From Candidatus Bathyarchaeia archaeon (lineage in GTDB: Archaea > Thermoproteota > Bathyarchaeia > 40CM-2-53-6), in assembly GCA_049517415.1 (NCBI GenBank), contig JBEKSC010000009.1, positions 21,157 to 85,156 on the forward strand: a DNA stretch of 64,000 nucleotides, written 5' to 3'. The notes under the pieces were generated by a model. That model was not told the origin of the DNA, did not search any database, and saw only the letters and a program-made list of their open reading frames with translations. Below, piece by piece: positions 58,942-64,000 of this stretch (its first letter is position 1; each line of letters starts with the position of its first letter). The translations under genes were made by a program, and so were the position numbers.

Positions 58942-60480
58942 TTACTCTAACTCTGCTACTTGACTCAGCACCCCTTCGAGTTGCTTGTTGATCCTGTTTC
59001 TCTCATCTTCCAACTTTTTCAAGTCCGAGTATACCTGCGTGATACTGATTTTCTCTGCTTCTTCGATGGGCATTACGTAGAGAGATACGTTCAGATTGTA
59101 ATCATTTTTAGTGATCTCCTTAACGTCAACAGCGCGCGAGAAGCCAGACACTTCAGAGAACTTGTTGTATGCTTCGACTATCTTTTTTGTGTTATCTCCA
59201 GATAGTGTGTTTAACCTTCTAATCGATGGATGCTGTATGAACTCATTCGAGGCGTTGATAAAGAGAATTTTGTTCTTTCTTCTCTCTGGCTTGTTCCTGT
59301 TGAATACAATGATTGCCCCAGGAGCTCCAGTATTGTAGAATATTTTCTCTGGCAAAAGAATAAGGCATTCAACCCAATCCTTTTCGATTGCTTTGCTTCT
59401 TACAATTTTTTCCTGGCTGCCTCTAAACAGACAACCGTTATCCACCACCACCGCAACTCTTCCCCGCTCCTTCGCCGATGCGAGCATGTGCTGAACCCAA
59501 GCCCAATCTGCGCTGCTTTGAGGAGGATAACCGAACGGAAACCTCTCTCGGAAATTTACCGCCTTGAGTCTGCCCTCATTGTAACCGTCTTGATTCCACG
59601 GAATATTCGCGATTACGACATCGAACTGTTTCAGTTTTCCATTGTCCCTGAATCTTGGATTCTCAAGCGTATCACCATTCTCAAGGTGTGCGTTCTTGAT
59701 ATCGTGAAGTAGTAGGTTCATTTCGCCTACAGCATAAATCTCCGGATTCCTTTCCTGCCCGTACAAGAACAATTTTCGGGCTTCTTTCTCTCCGTATTTT
59801 GGATTTTGAGCCAAGTGCAAATAGGAGATTATCAGCATGCCACCGGAACCACAGCACGGATCATACACGCTTTCCTTGGGTTTCGGGTCCAGAACCTCGA
59901 CCATCAGTTTGATGACTTCTCTCGGTGTGTAGATTTCCCCCTCTTTGGCACGGTCAGGTGCGAACTTCATGAGTATGTGCTCGTATGCATCGCCGAGAAC
60001 GTCCGGAGAAACTTCCTCGCCAGCCAGATCGTATTTGTTGAAAAGTTCAACCAGTTGCCGTAGGAGGTCTCTGTTCTCCTGATTCCTTGCGAATTCTAGA
60101 AAGTCGACCCTGTTGATTACGCCTTGGAGCTCGGTGTTCAGTTTTGCGATTTCACCGATAGCGGTGGCCAGCTTCTCAGGTAATGTCCTGACATCTTTCG
60201 TTATTTCATCCCAAAGAAACTGTCTTGGGATATTGAAGGTGTATTCGAATTTCTCGGCCTCTTGCTCAGCTTCCTTCTGAGATAATTTCGTCTCGCTTAG
60301 CAGCCGTTCTATCTTCTCTTTCCTTTCATTCTTCCAAAGGTCGTTTACTCTCTTGAGGAAGAGAAGAACAAGAATGAACTTGTAGTCGACAGCTGTCCTG
60401 ATTAGGTCTGCTGCTCTGTCGACGAGCGAATTCAACTCGTCCCGTGTAACCTTCTTCGGCACCAGTTCGCGTTGAGTCAA
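58942..60480 (-). CDS. hsdM: type I R-M methyltransferase subunit
   Basis: GEIYTP, YDPCCGSGG, ANIPW. Confidence 0.96.
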   Translation of the reverse strand: MTQRELVPKKVTRDELNSLVDRAADLIRTAVDYKFILVLLFLKRVNDLWKNERKEKIERLLSETKLSQKEAEQEAEKFEYTFNIPRQFLWDEITKDVRTLPEKLATAIGEIAKLNTELQGVINRVDFLEFARNQENRDLLRQLVELFNKYDLAGEEVSPDVLGDAYEHILMKFAPDRAKEGEIYTPREVIKLMVEVLDPKPKESVYDPCCGSGGMLIISYLHLAQNPKYGEKEARKLFLYGQERNPEIYAVGEMNLLLHDIKNAHLENGDTLENPRFRDNGKLKQFDVVIANIPWNQDGYNEGRLKAVNFRERFPFGYPPQSSADWAWVQHMLASAKERGRVAVVVDNGCLFRGSQEKIVRSKAIEKDWVECLILLPEKIFYNTGAPGAIIVFNRNKPERRKNKILFINASNEFIQHPSIRRLNTLSGDNTKKIVEAYNKFSEVSGFSRAVDVKEITKNDYNLNVSLYVMPIEEAEKISITQVYSDLKKLEDERNRINKQLEGVLSQVAELE

Positions 60481-60563
60481 TTTCCCAATCTCACAAGGAA
60501 TTTCTACTTAATAACTCGTAGAGTGCCAATAAATTGATTGTAACGAGACCTCGCAAAAAGGAA

Positions 60564-61016
60564 TCACTGCCTTTCGACTATCTCCCGCCAAATCTGGTCC
60601 TTCACTCTGTAGCAATCGCTGAAAATGTCCTCCGCATACGACAATGCTGTCTTTGACTCAAGCTCCGTGAAAATAGAAGCGACTCCCAGCTCTTCGTCGC
60701 CGTAGAATGATTTCTCTCGCCACAGGCCAAGAGTCCGGTTCCTGTGGACTATCTGAGCGACCTTTAGTGCAGAGAAGTCGTATTTCTTCAGAGCATCAAA
60801 CACCGCATAGATTTCTTTGGCGACGTCGTGTTTCTGCGGATATTCTCGTCCGATGAACTTGAACATGGTTTTCAGAAATAGTTCGAACGCTTCCTGCGAC
60901 CGCCTCACGCACAAGTCGTATTCAATCTTCTTGGAGTGGTCTCTTGCTTCTCCGAGTATCGAATCGGCTTTGCTGTAGAACTTATCGATTTCCCAGTACT
61001 GCTCCTGCGTCAACAC
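60564..61016 (-). CDS. HEPN domain protein (MNT-associated type)
   Basis: SQEAFELFLK...P.KHD...REKSFYG. Confidence 0.8.
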   Translation of the reverse strand: MLTQEQYWEIDKFYSKADSILGEARDHSKKIEYDLCVRRSQEAFELFLKTMFKFIGREYPQKHDVAKEIYAVFDALKKYDFSALKVAQIVHRNRTLGLWREKSFYGDEELGVASIFTELESKTALSYAEDIFSDCYRVKDQIWREIVERQ

Positions 61017-61028
61017 CTGAGGAACCTT

Positions 61029-61175
61029 CTATTTGTGCCTCTGAAGATATTCCTCAACGGCTCTCTCGATTGCCTGACTCACTTTTCTCGGAGAGCCCCA
61101 ATTCTGAGTAACATGAATCACAAGGTCCTTCCACAATTGCTCCTCTATGAGCACGGTCGTCTTTCGCTTCGGCAT
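61029..61175 (-). CDS. small RHH/CopG-like protein (48 aa)
   Basis: MPKRKTTVLIEEQLWKDL...RKVSQAIERAVEEYL. Confidence 0.7.
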   Translation of the reverse strand: MPKRKTTVLIEEQLWKDLVIHVTQNWGSPRKVSQAIERAVEEYLQRHK

Positions 61176-61437
61176 TTAAACCATCTAACCGTATAGCCGT
61201 AAACTCTATAGCTTTTGCTTTATGAAAGGAGTCTGACCAAAAAACAAGGTGCGCTAGTATAGCACACTTGAGTGCGTCTTCCGCTTTGACCGGCTGGAAA
61301 TCATGCTCGTCCTCCTTGAAGGTAAATCAGTAGATCACTCCTTTCTCCTCCTTCCAAGCCGGAATCCGAGGCATTGAAGCGCGGGCTCGCTGCTCTAGCC
61401 TATTCAAATCTGTGGAATGCCGTCCTAGATTGGTGAA

Positions 61438-61734
61438 TTAACTGAACGTGAAGTACTTGTTTCTTCTCTGCAATTGAACTTTGACGGGCATCTGATTCTT
61501 AATTCTGGCAAGTTGATCGATTATCACTCTTGAGCTGGTCGTGGTCACAGCTTGCTTGTCGCTGCGCTGAATTAAGATGACCGCAAACTCATCACAGTCC
61601 TCGAACTTGGACGGGAACGTTTCATAGTCAAGAACAACAAAGCTCTTGTCCACTAGGTCACCGAACGTAACCTTCTCCTCCACATTGAACTTCTTCTTCT
61701 CTGGAACAATTTCACCGAAAGTTTTCGCTTCCAT
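61438..61734 (-). CDS. small virus-type beta-rich protein, possible SSB
   Basis: GGGGTGA RBS; T.SS.VIIDQL...P.KV......KYFTF. Confidence 0.5.
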   Translation of the reverse strand: MEAKTFGEIVPEKKKFNVEEKVTFGDLVDKSFVVLDYETFPSKFEDCDEFAVILIQRSDKQAVTTTSSRVIIDQLARIKNQMPVKVQLQRRNKYFTFS

Positions 61735-61843
61735 ATCTTCACCCCAATTCGAAATTAGAAAACTGCGTTTAAGCCGATTTCCGTGCTGGAACCTATGTCT
61801 TATTGCACATAGATTCGCGAGAGATCCGCCTTTCATTTTTTCA

Positions 61844-63454
61844 TTAAGAGTTAGTGGCAATTACTAATCGAGGAGGAATAGGATGTTCCTGCTCCTGAAG
61901 CGATTTTTCAAACTCAAAGAGGCCTGAATTCTTAACTGCCAGCTGATCTATCAGTTCCCTGGAAATCGCCGAGTTGCTCCATATTTTATCGCATACCTCT
62001 CGGACTTCAGTCTCATTGCGTGCTCTTGAGCATATTTTCTGCACAGTTACACGTTTTTCGACACCCCGTTGACGAAGCATTTCGTTTAGGTCAACTGCTT
62101 TCAGAAGCTGAATATTCACCCTTGCAGCGTACCGTGCTAATGATAGCGTTTCGTTCCCCACGGCTACCTTTTCTTCAGGATTGAATGCGGTTCCGGCAAA
62201 GATGCCAATGATACCCTGTCTGATTGTCCTGCCTTCGGGCGTGTCAACGCCAAAGTCATAACTCCATTTCAGGACGCTGAGGAATCCCTCCAGTTCTTTC
62301 TTCCTTACGAGCCCCCACTTACATTCCAATACGTACGTGATTGGTTGGCTGATGGGGCTCGGGCGGATCGTCCAAACTCTGTCGACCTCGGCAAACATCT
62401 TCCGCTCACCCACTGGCTTTAGGAGTTTGAGCGTGATTCGGCGTTTGTCCATCCTTGAACGATGCGTTTGTTCTAAGAACTCCGCCCCTCTTGTTAGCTT
62501 GTCAACGAAGAATTCTACGCAGGCTTCCCAATTGTGGCCTATGCGGTTATCTTTGCCCTTTACTCTTCGTATGTAGTCTTTCTTGTCTTCAATGGCTATC
62601 CTGAGATCCTCTTCGCTCAGGCTTGAATGGTAAACGTATGGGAAGTTGAAGATCTTCAGTTCCTTGATTTCATCCTTGTAGAGTTGCATGGCTCTGTCAA
62701 GCGCAAGCCGAATCTGATCCTCGTTGCAGCGAAGCTTTTGCTTCAGAAAACCAAAGCTAACAATCTCCTTGAGCTCCTTGGCTTTGAGAATCTCGTCTCT
62801 AATGAGCCGGATTCTTTCAGCCAAGGGATTGACATGAGAACCGCCTTCGAGGAGTGAGTCTGTTCGTTGCATGGCTTCGGCGATTGCCTGACTGCGGGAT
62901 TTTGAAGCGTCCAGGTAGGTTACGATGTATCCAGCCGCAAACGGGGTTTCATGCTCTGCGCTCCTGTAGCCGCGGAAAAACACTTGGCCTTTCCTCTCGT
63001 ACCTGCGAAGGTTAGCCGCGACATCGCGGATGGTAATACCTTGGTCCTTGAGCAGCTTAGCAATCTCGCTAGTGTAGAAAGCCCTGTCAACGTTGTCTCG
63101 GAGAAACCTGAGAATCAGCTGCGACTTGTTTGGCTTGGTGATTCTCGGTGTCTTTGCAAAACTGAGATATGCTAGGTTCTCAACTTCCATTTCGACTGAG
63201 CCATTTTGGAGAATGAAGAGGTAGTATGAGCGTGTATTGTATCGGTGGCCTGCTCTACCGGCGAATGAGCTATTCCTTTCACGAATTGGCTTCGCTGATC
63301 TCAGCAAAAGCCCTGCTTTCCAACAACGATAGCAAACTGATTCGGCCGCTCGATCGGTGAAAGACAGTTGGTTGGCAACGTCTCTGCTGCTTCTTGGTTT
63401 TCCATCACTCATTAAGTCGAGAAGTTTGTCTCTCGAACCATACGGGCGACCCAT
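61844..63454 (-). CDS. multi-wHTH protein with C-terminal PD-(D/E)xK (Mrr-like) nuclease domain
   Basis: Two or more HTH segments; GHNWE...EVD...VLECKW. Confidence 0.7.
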   Translation of the reverse strand: MGRPYGSRDKLLDLMSDGKPRSSRDVANQLSFTDRAAESVCYRCWKAGLLLRSAKPIRERNSSFAGRAGHRYNTRSYYLFILQNGSVEMEVENLAYLSFAKTPRITKPNKSQLILRFLRDNVDRAFYTSEIAKLLKDQGITIRDVAANLRRYERKGQVFFRGYRSAEHETPFAAGYIVTYLDASKSRSQAIAEAMQRTDSLLEGGSHVNPLAERIRLIRDEILKAKELKEIVSFGFLKQKLRCNEDQIRLALDRAMQLYKDEIKELKIFNFPYVYHSSLSEEDLRIAIEDKKDYIRRVKGKDNRIGHNWEACVEFFVDKLTRGAEFLEQTHRSRMDKRRITLKLLKPVGERKMFAEVDRVWTIRPSPISQPITYVLECKWGLVRKKELEGFLSVLKWSYDFGVDTPEGRTIRQGIIGIFAGTAFNPEEKVAVGNETLSLARYAARVNIQLLKAVDLNEMLRQRGVEKRVTVQKICSRARNETEVREVCDKIWSNSAISRELIDQLAVKNSGLFEFEKSLQEQEHPIPPRLVIATNS

Positions 63455-63848
63455 GTTTGGAACTTCATCGTCGCTGAGGCTCTTAACCCGCTAACCCGAC
63501 TCAAACCCGATTGAATCTGGGAATTCTCGGTTGCGGGCTTAGACGCCACACTAGATATAGCCCGGTCCACCATTTGATGGACCCGGTACAGTCTTCTTTT
63601 TCATTGAACCCTAACTCCTTTTTGGCAAATTGCCTGGCAATCTCGTAGAACTTCGTAGCCGTGTCATCATTCCTCGTAACGTAACAACGAGAGCTAGAAA
63701 ATTCAGTGCCCCCGACCGTTTGTGAATCGCCCTGTAACAAACCAGTTGGTGGCTCGGTACGGTTACCAAAGGAAAAAGATAGTAGAGAGGGCGACGCGCC
63801 CTTTCGTTACGGGTTACCGCTCAATCTAGAATGGCAACGACGGCATTG

Positions 63849-63990
63849 TACCTGCATGGAGTAGGTAGCTAACGTATCCTTGCCATCCGATACCTGCATG
63901 GAGTAGGTAGCTAACGTATCCTTGCCATCCGATACCTGCATGGAGTAGGTAGCTAACGTATCCTTGCCATCCGATACCTGCATGGAGTAG
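63849..63990. repeat. perfect 42-bp tandem repeat x3.4
   Basis: TACCTGCATGGAGTAGGTAGCTAACGTATCCTTGCCATCCGA at 63849, 63891, 63933 and a partial copy at 63975. Confidence 0.95.
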
Positions 63991-64000
63991 CATAACGAAT

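Larger units (their letters stand above)
27716..64000. mobile_element. putative integrated element / genomic island starting at tRNA-Ala (right end outside the window)
   Basis: Abrupt switch from housekeeping genes to PolB, ParB-MTase, HerA/VirD4 ATPases, R-M genes and small Zn-finger/RHH ORFs; no integrase or att duplicate seen. Confidence 0.7.

Noticed and set aside
63849..63990. CRISPR array
   Set aside because: The would-be spacers are identical and no cas genes are present; it is a tandem repeat

Overview
Archaeal chromosomal window, inferred to be TACK-like and possibly Bathyarchaeia, from tRNAs with several bulge-helix-bulge (BHB) introns, GGAGGTGA ribosome-binding sites and a PolB1-type polymerase. 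Bases ~1-27.7 kb are mostly host genes: a drug-type ABC exporter, HicAB and VapBC modules, MscL, citrate synthase, a GcvH-TusA fusion beside a rhodanese, guaB, a fused ETF, a TPP riboswitch ahead of thiT, endonuclease IV, and tRNA-His(GUG) and tRNA-Ala(UGC) with two introns each. A free-standing LAGLIDADG endonuclease sits between tRNA-His and a second, different tRNA 3' end. From tRNA-Ala (27716) to the window end the content looks like one large integrated element. It carries an exonuclease-less PolB, Zn-finger and small membrane proteins, three HerA/VirD4-like ATPases, a CARF-HTH protein, HEPN proteins, a ParB-MTase, an MTase with an HNH gene nested in another reading frame, a cluster of parS-like palindromes, a type I R-M system with an internal PIN gene, and a perfect 42-bp tandem repeat. 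No integrase or second att site is visible in the window. All product calls come from reading motifs by eye, with no database searches.
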